DNA of 64,000 nucleotides from positions 11,274,795 to 11,338,794 of the forward strand of contig OZ316896.1 of NCBI GenBank assembly GCA_973895155.1, in the 5' to 3' direction. The notes beneath the pieces were generated by a model. It saw only the letters and a program-made list of their open reading frames with translations, had not been told where the DNA came from and did no database searches. Every line of letters begins with the position of its first letter. Position 1 is the first letter of the stretch. This document shows positions 22,751 through 35,681 of this stretch, piece after piece. The position numbers and the translations under genes were made by a program. This DNA comes from Marsupella aquatica. Lineage: Eukaryota; Plantae; Marchantiophyta.

Positions 22751-24269
22751 CTAATCTTGGGAAAGAATCCAAGGGGAGCGTTCATCCGATTTTTATTACT
22801 TTCTGCACCCATGTCAACACGCAGCATGAATAGGGGATTTACGTTGATCTGATTGGAAACTGCTTTTCTTACGGTAGGGAGTACATTCCATTCAAGGTGT
22901 CAACATAATCGACTATTGGAGCTTGGTTGGCTGTGGCAATCGACTACATATGACGTTCAGATCTGTAAAATCTTATTCTGCAGCTTCGTTGTCACTGGTC
23001 ATGACGCAGACCGTGAGATTGAGATGAAACACCCGATGAATCTAACCGAATTTTGCATCACTAGGGATCACGAGATACTCACAATGAATTATTCAGTGTC
23101 CCAACTTGGCTAAGCTTGGGCAGAGCATTCTAGGTAATCCTCCACTCTAGGGAACTATGGGGAAGGACCACACATGAAAAAGAGGAGTCAGGGCTCACTA
23201 GATTGAAAATTGACAAAGAAGAGTGCAGTGAAAGGAAAAATACATTGAGTGACACGTACTAGCCTACAACCGACAAAAGAATCCTGTCGAGAATTAAGAA
23301 TGTATCACCATGAGTCACATGCTCAGCTTAGCTTCCTGAATACACTGATGAACTCCCACCTCGTCAAGTGAGCACCCAAAATCATTCCCATAAATAGCCG
23401 CATTCATCAACACGAAGTGGCTTACGCAAGTGCCATGTCAGCTATCAATGCGACTAACCCGATGATGAAATGAAAGTCGCTTTTCTGTGTAGTCCATTTC
23501 TCCCTTGTGAAGTTAAGACATGCAGCCAATCATCAACTTGCCAAAGACAAGCGAGAAAAATTTGATGCAGAAGACAGTAAAGGTATGCTTGAGCAGCAAA
23601 TTTTGACCACAATCTCCTTTGTACTTGTTCATTTACACGCAAAGTGAGGTATGCGGATGGAGAAAGTAACACAAGTAGAAACTTAATACTTGTACCTAGT
23701 TATTGCAGAGGACTTGCTTTCAGCCAGCTCCTCTTTGCACGATACACATCTGCAGTATATGGACAGAGACACAAACTGTCGGGAAACTCTAGATTTCTTT
23801 GCAGTTCGAATGAGCATTGAAAAGTGAGCTCCCTTAGCACACAGCCCATCTCATCGGCAATATTTTTCACAGAAGAGTTCTGTGAGCCGTGTAGAAAGTC
23901 TGCTCCAATCTGCTAACAACAATCGACAACGTTACAGAACAGAAACCTACAGCTGGCTTCGCTTCCTTGATAGCAGATTGCTCACGATATATATGACAAT
24001 AAGCGCAAGACATTACATGATCGAGACACGCTGCACATAGCGACAATTCAATCGCCAGAACTTGACCCATCGAGAATAGCTTTCAAATTGCATTGCCACG
24101 AGGTAGAGTTCAGCTTTCCAAATTCAAATATCTTCACAGGTACGCCGCAAAATGTGTCAAGCCAGAGGACACAAAATCGACTTACTGTCCTTGACATGAT
24201 CCAATCCTACCAAATATGGATATACAACCTCTACAGGAATTATCTACATTCTGCTCACATCAAACGGTT

Positions 24270-24908
24270 CTACGTCTTAGTCTGCAAGAAATTCTCCACT
24301 GCTTCACGCTTTCTTGTTATGACAGGCGATCTCGTTAGCTGAGAAGGAGCCTCGGTGATGGTGTCAAGTCTAGGTGACCATGGGGAACCCGGGCTTCGTG
24401 TCATATTCATCGCATTACTGATTATCTGCGCCATGTCGTTGCCGACAAGCGATCTGTTGTTTGGAAGAGATGGTGGCAGTAACGCCTTGCAACCAGCTGA
24501 TTTCTTGATGGACCCTTCTGCCAGAAGCTGTGCCAGCTGCTGTCTGGAGATGACTACCCGAATCGTGCTTCCACTACGCGATTGCCGTCCCTGGTGGGCA
24601 ATATTCGTTATATCTCTCGCACACGATTCATATTGGGAGTGCATCCTATCCTCTCGTGAGACCGACGGTTCTGCAGATCCCATCTCTTCTAGCGTTCCAG
24701 ACCTGCTTTGGATTGCTGGACGTTCCTCTGGACCAGGGTCGAGCGGAGCTTCAGAGGCAAGAACGAGATGATCCCGACAATCAGCCTCTAGATCCAGTCG
24801 TCGCGGCATCGCCACACTGTAGCCGTCCTCTTGGAAATCGGACAGAACTTTCTTGGGTATTCTTATCTGAGAGATTCTTTCTGCTGTTCTCTTCTTGAAC
24901 ATGTCCAT
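24270..24908 (-). CDS. Uncharacterised plant protein with DUF4228/PADRE-like C-terminal motifs
   Basis: 212-aa ATG-initiated ORF with TIRVVISRQQLAQLL and WSPRLDTITE, resembling the VRIKVVLTKQELxxLL ... WxPxLxxIxE motifs of this plant family. Confidence 0.7.
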   Translation of the reverse strand: MDMFKKRTAERISQIRIPKKVLSDFQEDGYSVAMPRRLDLEADCRDHLVLASEAPLDPGPEERPAIQSRSGTLEEMGSAEPSVSREDRMHSQYESCARDITNIAHQGRQSRSGSTIRVVISRQQLAQLLAEGSIKKSAGCKALLPPSLPNNRSLVGNDMAQIISNAMNMTRSPGSPWSPRLDTITEAPSQLTRSPVITRKREAVENFLQTKT

Positions 24909-25152
24909 GTCTTACTCTCAACACGCATTGTGAGCACTACGAGCTCCCGCATTGAGTTGGTGGGCTTTCAATGCCTTTCATCCAAATCCCAAATCTACAA
25001 ACGGCGCAATCCGTTCCTAGCCAGACCTCACCTGCATCCTACATTCCTGAAGTCACTTCATTTGTACAAGAGTATCCGCAGTCCCTCATTTCAATCTCGT
25101 CCACATCTTTGACGACTGTTTAGAAGAAGTTCACTCGTAGCCCAAACATTCC

Positions 25153-25631
25153 CGCTAGAAGTCCATAATGACAAGGAGCTGCTACCGGAAATCCAGAATG
25201 AAATGCTAGCGGTCCATGGTGACAAGGAGAGCTGGAGTCAGAAATCCAGAATGAAATGCTAGCATCCGAAGTGACACAGGGAAATGATATCAGAAATTCT
25301 GAATGGGACTCCCAGAAATCCACAGTCCACGGAGAACTGCGACCGGAAATTCAGAATGAGATGCTAGAAATCCACAGTAACACAGAGTGCTGGCATCAGA
25401 ACTCCTGCATTCCTGTCCACAATGAGATGCTAGAAACCCATAGTGCCAGAGAGAGACTGCATCAGAAATCCAGAATGCGAAGCTAGAACTAGGAAGTGAC
25501 ACAGAGAACTGCCGAAATCCGAAGTGACACAGAGAACTGCTATGTACTGTATCAGAACTCCAGAATGAGATCCTACTAGAAATCCAGCCCCACAACGGAA
25601 ATCTGCAGGCACCACATATCCAGAATGAGAT
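25153..25631 (+). repeat. Degenerate ~51-54-bp tandem array (~9 units)
   Basis: Recurrent CAGAAATCCAGAATGARATGCTAG...GTGACACAGAG. Confidence 0.75.
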
Positions 25632-28535
25632 GAGATGGAGAGCAGCAAGCAGCACAATCAACGAGGGAGATGGGGATGGGAAGCTGTCTACGAAGCAATC
25701 AGGCAACCAACGAACACAGAGTGAAATGAGAGCGGGCGGGAGCTGGGTCTTGGGAGTAAACTACTAATAAGTTTGTCTACATAGATCTGAACAACAACAT
25801 AGCTACACTTACCGTACTTGGGACGGTACTCTGTGACCAGGATCGAGCTGGCAGCGGGAATTGTGTGGGTCGAACAATGTACTGTTGAGCATGGTGCGCA
25901 TGGCCAGCTGAGCTGAATCTGGATCCGGATAATGGGAATGGTAACAGTGCTTCAGGAATGCGCTTTAGGAGAACTCTGTAGTCCCGTTGCCTCTGCGCAT
26001 GTCCCCATGTGCACCCAAACATAGCGGAATGTTAATACATTCTTTATGGGTGTTGGTTTTCTGTAGAGAAATGTACTGTACTTAAGCCCTTTGTGATTTG
26101 TCTCTGTGTGCCCTTTGTGAATTTTTTATTTTATTTTCTCAATTTCAGGGGAAATCTGTGAAACCCCACAGGATACTCAAATGAATACTTATGAATCACT
26201 ACTCTAGTGGGCTATCGCACAACCATGAGCCTTTCTGGGTGTCTTTTGTGATTTTTCTCTTTGTAATTGTGATTTATCTCTTTGTACTCTTATGTTATTT
26301 TTCTTTGTGTATTTTTGAGGGCATTGTTGGAGAAGAATGTACAGTCAAGATTCTAGATATGGAAATACTCATCTACTTTTACAAAAACTAGCAAATCAAA
26401 TTTATATGGTTTTAGGTCCTATTACCTGAGCATTATGGGCAATAATAGTCACTCAAAACTAGAGCATTCCCTGGATGTTTAGTGTGTATTTTAAAGTGAA
26501 GTGATCTGACTTAAAGTTTTGGGCAGCTGCACAAGCACCTGGAGAATATTTTACACACCCTTGAACCAGAGCTAAGAAAAATTCAGAGTTGGGCACCAGG
26601 CGCCCTCAAACCACCACTGTCCATGAAATTGATGGAGGAAACTACAGTCACTTTCCCCAAGTTTTAACTTTGTTAAGAACATTGATGACTAATTATAGTG
26701 ACCTAAGGTTATTAAAATGGACAGTGGCAGTTTAAGCCCTCTCGCAAGAGCAATGTCCCCGGAATAGCACCTCGGGTCCTGTCCGGGACAATGCTCTAGT
26801 GAGATAGCATTACTATGTAAGGGCCAAAGCTTTGCAACATTTACTTTGTGGGTCCCCATGTCCAGCTCAATCAGGATGAAATCACTAAGAGAATGGTGAG
26901 ACGGACAAATCTCTGTTTTGGACACTAAGATTTCATCCAAGCCATTGGTTTCATGTGAGCTGTTTTTGATTCTATAAGAGTGCTGGGGGCCCTTTACCCT
27001 GAGTTTACCCCACTCCTACATGGCATTAGGTTGATCAGTCTCAACCTAATCAATCCCACAGAGACCAGTCATTTTGGAACGGATAATTCAGTCATAACTC
27101 CAGTCACATCTTGGTCAATCAGTCACATCTAGTCATATTTAACAGGAAAGACATTCATAATGAGGTCATATTCCTTGTCACAAAGTAGCGTAAAAAATGT
27201 GACTAATGTTGTCTAGTCACAATAAATGAGACGCTAAGCCTTAGATGTGACTGTCTAGATATGGGCCAAAAAACTAGTCATATAGAATCAAACAATTATA
27301 TTTTGCAGTCATCAAATCACCGTCCCCTTTTCTACCTTAATGCCAAATGGGTGCATGATGTGGTAGGAGGCCACATCAAAGTTGTGAGACCTATTTTATG
27401 AATCAAATGCCAGATAAATAAAGTGATCCAGATTAAGTAAAACCTCTTGGGCAAACAATTTCGGAGACTTTCCAACCAAAGAATTAATTGAGATTTTTGA
27501 GCTGCACTGGATGTCTGATCCCTTGTCTGACCAATAGACATTTCTGATCTAAGTAAGACTATTACTAGTCCAAAGATTAATTTTACAAAGGATATAACAC
27601 ATTCTTATGTCATAGTCCAATTGGATGAACTTATGACTAGCCAAAATAACCAACACTATAGCACTCACTTTCCAATTTTAGTTGTAGAGCATAAGAACCT
27701 GGATTAGAAGTGTAGTTGCGCATTGCACTGTGTGAAGGTATGTCGACTGTTTGCGCCTCCTGCAGGACCATATGAAAGCTCTCAAAGAACCAGAGTATAA
27801 GCTGGCTTAATGTGCTGAAGCTTTTTGAACATGAGTGTCTATTATTTTATAGGCCATAGAAGTTGCAAACTTGGAGCCCAATTGATAAATGTCGATACTT
27901 GGCGACCAGAATCAACACCACCAACTGTTCCAAGGGAAATTTATTATTATTTTGAGCTCCTTTTCATTGGAGTCAAGAAAGATTATTAACTTGTTGAATG
28001 ATATTTTACAAAACAATAATTTAATCATGGTTAAGTATTCAAGGTGATTCAAAGTTGGATAATATATAATTATATCTATGATACTTGTCCCCAGAAAAGA
28101 ATGACTGTGGATCCGAGGGAAATTTTGTAGGAGATACACAATGAAATTAGCAAAGCAATTGGCACCAAGATATCTAGAAGGAGGGTGAGTTTTTTTGTAT
28201 TGTTGCCTTGCTATAATTGTTCATGTTCAAACCCTATCGATACACACTTCAGAAATTCATGTATGATGTAACCAACTGCACAATTAATTCCTTGAAAGGA
28301 TAAACTGCATCAATATTTGCTTCTACGATGATCAAAATCACAAAAATTGTACCCAATCATTCTCTTGGTCAAAAATCACAATTTTTTTATCAAATCATAT
28401 ACTTTGCAAAATAATGTTGGGATAAATTCTCACTCTGGTTGAATCAGTATACTTTAATAATCAATTATACACAATGTTAAGTCATAGCAACCGTCAGGGT
28501 GGTGGGACAAAACTTTCACATACAATTCAATAAAT

Positions 28536-30191
28536 CTATGCTCGTGATGTAGATGAAGAGGAAGAGGATGGGGATGTCTTGGGCCAGACTTGTAACCATA
28601 TTGGCTCCTCGTCAAAGAAGTCATTTTCTTTCCCTTTTCCTTTGTCTAGCACTAGATTATTTTTGTCACAAGGAGTAATGGGGGATAGCCCATGTACTCC
28701 TCTACATTTTTGCTTGGCCTCTCTCATTGTTGTTGAGATCTTTGGAATCTCAATTTCCCACTCTGTACACCACTGGGAAGCATCATTTTGGCGACCAGTG
28801 TCCATATCATCTGATTCTCCTGGTTGTTGGTTTGTGGAGAAATTGGAATTGGGCTCCCTACAGCAACAAAACCTTTCATGCTGGCTAGCCACATTTTCAA
28901 GCCTTAACATAGTTGGATTTGGGGACTTCAAATTGGTAAGAGCTGTTGAAGTGGATTGTGGTACATGAATACTAGAAAGATGACTGGGGGTCGACAAAAT
29001 AGTTTTGGGACCATTCTCAGAGGTTGTTGGAATTGATGAGCTAGAGGTTTCTATACTTACAAGGGGATAATCACCAAGTTTGGGATAGATCCAATGCAAA
29101 TCTTGTGTCTCGTTTGGGGTAGGAGAATCTTGATGGTTATCAAATGGAAAGGAAGACAATGAATTCATTGACGAAAAAGATGATAAAGACATTGGATAGG
29201 TTAGGTCTTGCGGATCAGCCAAGGAATCAACAATTCTCCCAGAATTGGAATTATTCTCCCAACAATTAGGTGGTGAAATCAATCTTGTTGAACTATCTGA
29301 ACTTTCATTTTTCCAAGTACTGCAATCAGTACTCCATCCTTGGTATTTCCTTTGCTTGGCTTCTTGCTCTGCCTCTCTCCATTGCCCTAGCTTGTCTTCT
29401 AACGTGATGGAGGCTTTGGCGATCCTTTTGGCTTCCAAGTCCCCCTTCAATTTAGAAATATTTTGGATATTCTTCCATGCCAACATCAACTTATCTAAAG
29501 ACGGCCCCCTTTCCTTGATGACAATAGAATGATCTTTCCTTGAGTCTTTATCCTCACTCATTGTTCCTTTTCTCTCACCCTGTTGTCTTTCAACCTTGGC
29601 AAAATCAACTTGTGTGAGGTCCCTAAAAACTGAAATCCTCTCAACTTTCAATTGACAACTTTGTCTAAGACAAACAAGGGAGGAAAAACTACCCCACTCA
29701 AGGGCTACATCACATGGAAGAAATCCTTTATAATCAAGGCAAATTTTGTTTGCTCCGCGGCTTACTAACATCTCTACCATGTCTGGCCTAGCATTTTGAG
29801 CAGCATAATGAAGTGGGGTCCTCTCTTTTGAATCTGTTGAATTGATCAAAGCACCTCGTTCAAGAAGAATCCTACCTACATCTGTCCTCCCCCCTAAAGC
29901 AGCGTAGTGGAGCGGAGTACAACCGTGATTATCTTGATAATCTAGTCCAGTCTTGGGCATGTTGATTATAAGAGCATAAGCCACTTTTTGGTAGCCAAAC
30001 ACCAAAGCCCAATGTAATGGTGTACGACCAAACTTGTCAATTGACTGCACATGAACTCCATCTTCAATCAATTTTTGTAAATATCTCAAATTATTATCCT
30101 TCACAGCGAAATGAAGTTTTGTAGCATATTCATTGCTTGCATCCCAACCTGTCTTCTCGAATTTAATGGATTTGTGCTCTCTCTCAATCAT
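28536..30191 (-). CDS. Ankyrin-repeat protein with Ser-rich disordered tail
   Basis: GRTPLHWA, GCTPLHYAA, ERTPLHYAA and flanking ANK units in a 551-aa ATG ORF. Confidence 0.88.
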   Translation of the reverse strand: MIEREHKSIKFEKTGWDASNEYATKLHFAVKDNNLRYLQKLIEDGVHVQSIDKFGRTPLHWALVFGYQKVAYALIINMPKTGLDYQDNHGCTPLHYAALGGRTDVGRILLERGALINSTDSKERTPLHYAAQNARPDMVEMLVSRGANKICLDYKGFLPCDVALEWGSFSSLVCLRQSCQLKVERISVFRDLTQVDFAKVERQQGERKGTMSEDKDSRKDHSIVIKERGPSLDKLMLAWKNIQNISKLKGDLEAKRIAKASITLEDKLGQWREAEQEAKQRKYQGWSTDCSTWKNESSDSSTRLISPPNCWENNSNSGRIVDSLADPQDLTYPMSLSSFSSMNSLSSFPFDNHQDSPTPNETQDLHWIYPKLGDYPLVSIETSSSSIPTTSENGPKTILSTPSHLSSIHVPQSTSTALTNLKSPNPTMLRLENVASQHERFCCCREPNSNFSTNQQPGESDDMDTGRQNDASQWCTEWEIEIPKISTTMREAKQKCRGVHGLSPITPCDKNNLVLDKGKGKENDFFDEEPIWLQVWPKTSPSSSSSSTSRA

Positions 30192-32049
30192 CTCTCACTT
30201 AACTTTTCATAACCAAAGACTCTTGGACCAATAAAACAATTGATATTCATGGGCTCAAGACAGAACAGAGCACAAGCCTAAGATGGTCATTGTGTGATCA
30301 ATTAGGGATTGCAAAAGGATTTGTCTACGTTTATACTTTCCTCCTTGAGGAGCAAATTGCATGTTTTAGATGCTCAATCATCCATTAATCATACTGGGGA
30401 AAAACATCATAAAGTAGTCTCTTCAAGAATTTTAGCAACACATGACCCTTGTGAAATTTCAAAATCATGCAAAAATTTAGAAGTTTTCATTACCTAGTTG
30501 GTTCATTTGAAAGAGAGTAGTTATGGTGACCTTAAATAATGTGTCAATTAAGAAATTTATGACAGCTAATTTTTTTGGAATGTTAAATCCACCTCATGGA
30601 TGTACTTAACCAACCCCAAATTTCTAGAATCGTAGATCTCAATGATGTGCCAGAATCTGAGGGTCTGTCCCCAAGCTAAATCAATGGAAGGGCGCCAATT
30701 TGGGTGTATATTGTAAATCTGTCGGGTGTGTTTCACAATCCCCTCCCCAGTCTTCTAAATTTAAAGCAAAGACTGGTTGATATATGAGCAAGTCCACTGC
30801 CCAATTTTTGCCCATAAGAAAAGTTGTTTCAATAAACTTTTGAATTGCCTGTCTTCAGAGATGTAGACCTTGTCCTTCATTCCTAGAATTACGACCAGAA
30901 CCAGATTGCACAATCATGTTGCCATTGTTTGTAAATTCCTCCAAATATATTTGTGTCCGTTCTAGAAATTTCCCCAAAATAATTTGAAAACTGGTAACAA
31001 GCACTCTTGACCCTTAGACATAAAAAGTTATCTCAAAAGGTCTGCAATGAAAAGCATTTGTAATACTTGATCAGCATTATTTCTTTCCGATACTCATTTT
31101 GTTGCTACCACTTTAAAATCTGTATTCTTTTTCATTGTTGCTTAGAGCACAAAGTTACCTAGGTTACAATTACACTCAGCCTTACTAGTATCTTAGTTAT
31201 ATTATACTCCAAATTCCACGCACACAAAAGATAACACAAGCACAACAATGTCACTCAAGAAGATGTTCACAAATGATATGAATTGTTGATCAGCCCACTT
31301 GTCTTTACTACAAGGCGGGTTACATTGTGTCAATGCCTTCGAATTGAGTCGTGCAACTACATCACCCTTAGCAACTATTGGTTGTGCTTCAATGTGCTTG
31401 ATGACTTAGTGTACATCAATTTCTAACTTTGTGCTTAGTTTGATAGGCCGTGCTCGGGGCCATGCTTGTGGACCTTCTAGACTTGCATCCAGTCATCAAG
31501 CTCATTGGTAGTTAACATCCCACCGGGTAGTATCCAATTCCAAGCTTGAAAAGAGTGTTGTCTAGACAAGCTGAGTAGGGAATGTGTACAAATTGATCTT
31601 AGTAGCTTTCTAAAGAGCCCACAGAAAGACCCTCGTCCAGTATATAGTCATCTACAACGACCTCCAGGTTAATATGCAGAATTGTGCTACTAGTACATTC
31701 ATTTGAGGTTGTCAATCTTTTCCAGACATATTAGACAAAAAATCTAAATAGGACCAATTTTCAAGAAAGGGCAAGCAATGTACAGTGAGAAAGCAAACTA
31801 GGTCCAGCTACGATAAACACCAAACTCAAAAGGGCAAATGCAACCCCAAAAACCTAGAAAAGGAGAAAAATAAGCAGTCTAGTATAAGACCCAATCAAGT
31901 GACACGTACATTTTCAGTAGGACAATGCTCTTGCTTCAGTTGTGCAATCTACATACTTATGTTGTGCAATCTACAGTCATAATATTGAAGGTTCAAGAAA
32001 CAAAAATAAGCTCTACCATGCTTTTGAGTTGCTGCTCAATAGGGCTCTA

Positions 32050-33836
32050 GGTCTTTTGCCGTTGTTCGGGACTTTTGGGCTTTTTGGCTATTGTGGGTCC
32101 TTGGTTTTCCCCTTATTTTTCTTTCCTTTATTGGGTCTCGTACCTTTAGGGTCCTTGGCTCCCCAGTTGGTATCGCCTCCTTTTGCTCCTCTTTCATCGC
32201 TGACTCTCTACAGGCTGCCTTAGCCTCTACTCCTATGCTCCCTAAGTTAGCAGATTCTCAGGCAGCATTTGGGATGTTGTTGAGGTGCATCCACCCTCGT
32301 GCGTCTTATCTGGCTAGGACGCATCCCCCTACCAAGGATCTTTGTCTCCACCTTCGAGCATTTGATGTCTCCATTCGTCAGACCCTGGCCTCTCTTTTGG
32401 GGCCGGGTACGTTGCTCTCATCTCCGTGGCTTCATCGACAACTCAGTCTTCCTATTTTGCAGGGTGGTTTTGGGCTTACTTCCATTGAGAGCCTTGCACC
32501 TTTGGCCTTTTTGGGTGCGTGGGCGGCCGCCTTCTCATTGTTGGCCGATCGTTTTCTTATTGAGGATCGCCCTTTTTTACTTTCATCTCTCATGGAGGTA
32601 GAGGAGGGTTCCCTCCCATTTCAGGTTCATTTGCGCGCAGCGCGGTCCTCATTACCAGATCCCGTTCGTGCCGCGTTACCTTATTTTCAGGAGTTTTTAT
32701 CCTTGGATCCCGTTCGTCTTCAGGCAGACCTCGCTGGGCGTATGCACGCTTTCACCCTTTCCAGCATCCTCTCCGAGGCACCTGACACGGACCGAGCTCG
32801 AATTCTTTCTTCCGGAGGGAAGGGCGCAGGTGGATGGCTTCAGGCCAATCCAGTCATTCCTCATTTGCGGATGTCTTCAACGGAGTTCTCCACAGCCATG
32901 CGTCTTTGTATGGGGCTGCCCCACCCACTTCTTGGAGGTTTACCCCCTTCTTGCACTTGTGGGAAGCCTTGTGATGCCACAAGTGTCCATCTTCTTTGGT
33001 GCAGTTTGGGAGGTGAAACCATTATTGTTCACGACGCTGTGCGAGATGCGACTGCTCAGGTTCTCTCTGGCTCTTTGGTATGCGTGCGACGGGAGGTGGT
33101 ACTCGAGTTACCTGGTCCTCCATCACAGTAGTTACGGGTGGATCTTACCATGGTCCGTGAGGGTCAACGTACATTGGCAGATGTAGTGGTGGCAAACCCA
33201 TTGCGCCAAGACATCATTGGGACAGCGGAAACTACGGCAGGGGCAGCAGTGTCACGTGCGGCAACAACGAAGGAGGCCAAATATGTTGCACGAGCTTCAT
33301 CCGACAGCTTCCTCCCCCTTGCTCTGGAGCTATTTGGGCGTCTTCATCCTCAGTTTGATGGGCTTCTTCGGCAAGCTGCCCGAGATGTTCATGGCCGCAT
33401 GGGTCCCACCGGACCCCCGCTTTCTATTTTGACCACGCACTTTCACCAACGCATTTCAGTCACCTTGCAGCGTGCTCAAGCTTGGGCCATCTATCATCGA
33501 TCTCTTACAGTGGGTGCTAGTGTGCCTCCGCAGCGGCTAGCTCCCCTAGAGGATGTTCCAATCCCACTTGCTGATCTAGCTTTGACCCTTGATGTGGACC
33601 AGTAGCTTTTTGCCACATTCGCTAGGAATGATGAGGAACTCGGTCCGCTTGGGTTAGTTTTAGTCTCTCTTTCTTGGTTTTTAGGGGTTCCCTATTGCTC
33701 ATTTCTTATTTTTAGTTCCTATTTCTTGGTGTTTAGTGGTTCCCTTTTGCTCACTTCTTTTTCGATTGGTTTTGTCCACTTGGGCCCTCTTTTGTTTGTT
33801 CATTTGTACTCTGATTGGTCCCTTTGTATATAAAAA
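32050..33836 (+). mobile_element. 5'-truncated CRE-type non-LTR retrotransposon (RLE endonuclease)
   Basis: RVLGSPVG (RT end), LSLPILQGGFGL, CTCG..HLLWC zinc finger, HDAVRD, RVDL..LADV, KEAKY, FLPLALELFG, QRISVTLQRAQA; one frame with a single TAG at 33129-33131; T-rich 3' UTR; boundaries approximate. Confidence 0.85.
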
Positions 33837-35681
33837 GTGTGTATATTTCTCGCTTTAGGATCCTGTTTGACACTTTTTGTTTACACTTTTTGTTTGGCAG
33901 TTATATACACACTAAGACACTAAGCCCTACATCTCATTGGTTATTGCACCAGATTCTGCTTCAGCCTATCTTTCGTTCAAGTCCTGTTGTATGCTCCATA
34001 GGGGCTTGGCAGTTAGCAGGATTTATATTAAAAAATCTGAACTTAGGGTTTTGCTGTCCAGCCAGTTGCACCCTCAAGTGCGTTGAGGTTTTGCTGAAAT
34101 CACAAGTTCCCAATATCTGAAGTACTCATTTCCCATAGAGTACAATAGTGTATATGAAAGAGCATATCCTATTCTGGGGAATATAATTTTTTTAGTATCA
34201 TTGTCATTTCATGTTCACCATGAGGGACGATCTACACCTCAAAATGTAGATTTTGCTAAAACCTTGTATTTGGAAGTAGTTCATACTTTTAAAGAAATCA
34301 CAAACAAATACTTGTAGGGTACAAAGGTCCTGTGATGGGAAACGAGTGGGAGAACCTACAGTGTAGGCCTACTGTTCACCTAGGCAAATGAACAGTGGCT
34401 GATTAGAGGCAGGCCGCATTCATAGTGGCAGCTGTGGTTTAAGATATACTCTGCATCACAATCAACAGTAGAATGGATTTATTTTATTAACCCAATGCTT
34501 GTGCATTGTACATAAATGTTAGAGGAGAGGAGAATAAGTGTTGCCATTCTATTTCATTTTAGTTGGGTGGTTGTTCTTGCGGGTGCTCTTGCGAAAAGCT
34601 TATCATTTTGGCCAAAGTGATATAATTGGGGAGGGTGCAGGAGGGTAAGATGATGGCGAGATGGTGATCTGGGCATTGTGGGGTCAGGCCAGGAGCAATT
34701 CTGTGATGATCCGTTGAGGGGAAAGAATTTGTTCCCTCCCTATTTTTTCTTTTTTTCTTTCCCTGGCGCCCTCCCCTTTTCTTTCCCTGACTTAAATGGT
34801 CTCTTTTTGTAAGGAAACAGACCACAGTGGAATGGCTAGATTGCATATCATGAGACTGAGATCTAGATAGACAGATACTGGAATTGTACATTACATTGAA
34901 GAGTTCCTTTGGCAAGTTTTGGAAGCAGCAAAATCTTGTGTGGGTTTTATATTAATTCGTGACATTTATTACACTATGGTTGACCGATGAGATCTAACTA
35001 ACAAAGTGCACCCAAAAGCTGCTCGTTGGGCCTACGTACTGTAGGAAGTGAAGGCTCTAGTCCACTATCTAGTGAAGGCTCTAGTCCACTATCTAACTGA
35101 GGGCATAACTGAAAATGAGGGTGCAAACAAAAAAAGGGAGGGGGGCAAAGATGAACATGAAATAGCATCAAATCCTTTTTTCTACAATGTTTTTTTTTCC
35201 TCCTCGTCTCTATTTAAGTTTAAAGAGACTGGGGAAAGTCATTGATGACAGTGAATAGTAGAGAATGAATTTTATTGCAAGTATATTTTGTGCTCACTTC
35301 TATATATTTGCGTTCAATTAACTTGGAGTCCAGCTAGTCTAGATAGACAGAGACATAGTTTGTACATTACATGAAAGACTCTCTCTTGTCACATTTTGGA
35401 AGTGGAAAAATCTAGTTTGGGTTTTAATCCTGGATGCGAGTATTTCATGAAAGCTGAAACCTCTCAGGAAAACAAAGAACGCAAGCATGAAGGAAAGCAA
35501 CACCTAACTAGTAAAGCGCAATTAATCCGTGGACCCCCAAGTTCATCCAAGAAAATGTACGTGTGTGATGAAGTGAAATTGTTTTATTTTGAGCAAATGA
35601 AAGAAAGAGGTAAATGTTTTGTTAATGCATAATATTTTTTTGAAATAATATTTGATCCACTTAACAGTGCCTAAGTCCCAT

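Noticed and set aside
31250-31650. Decayed coding-like sequence on the minus strand
   Set aside because: Many stops and no family motif I can identify
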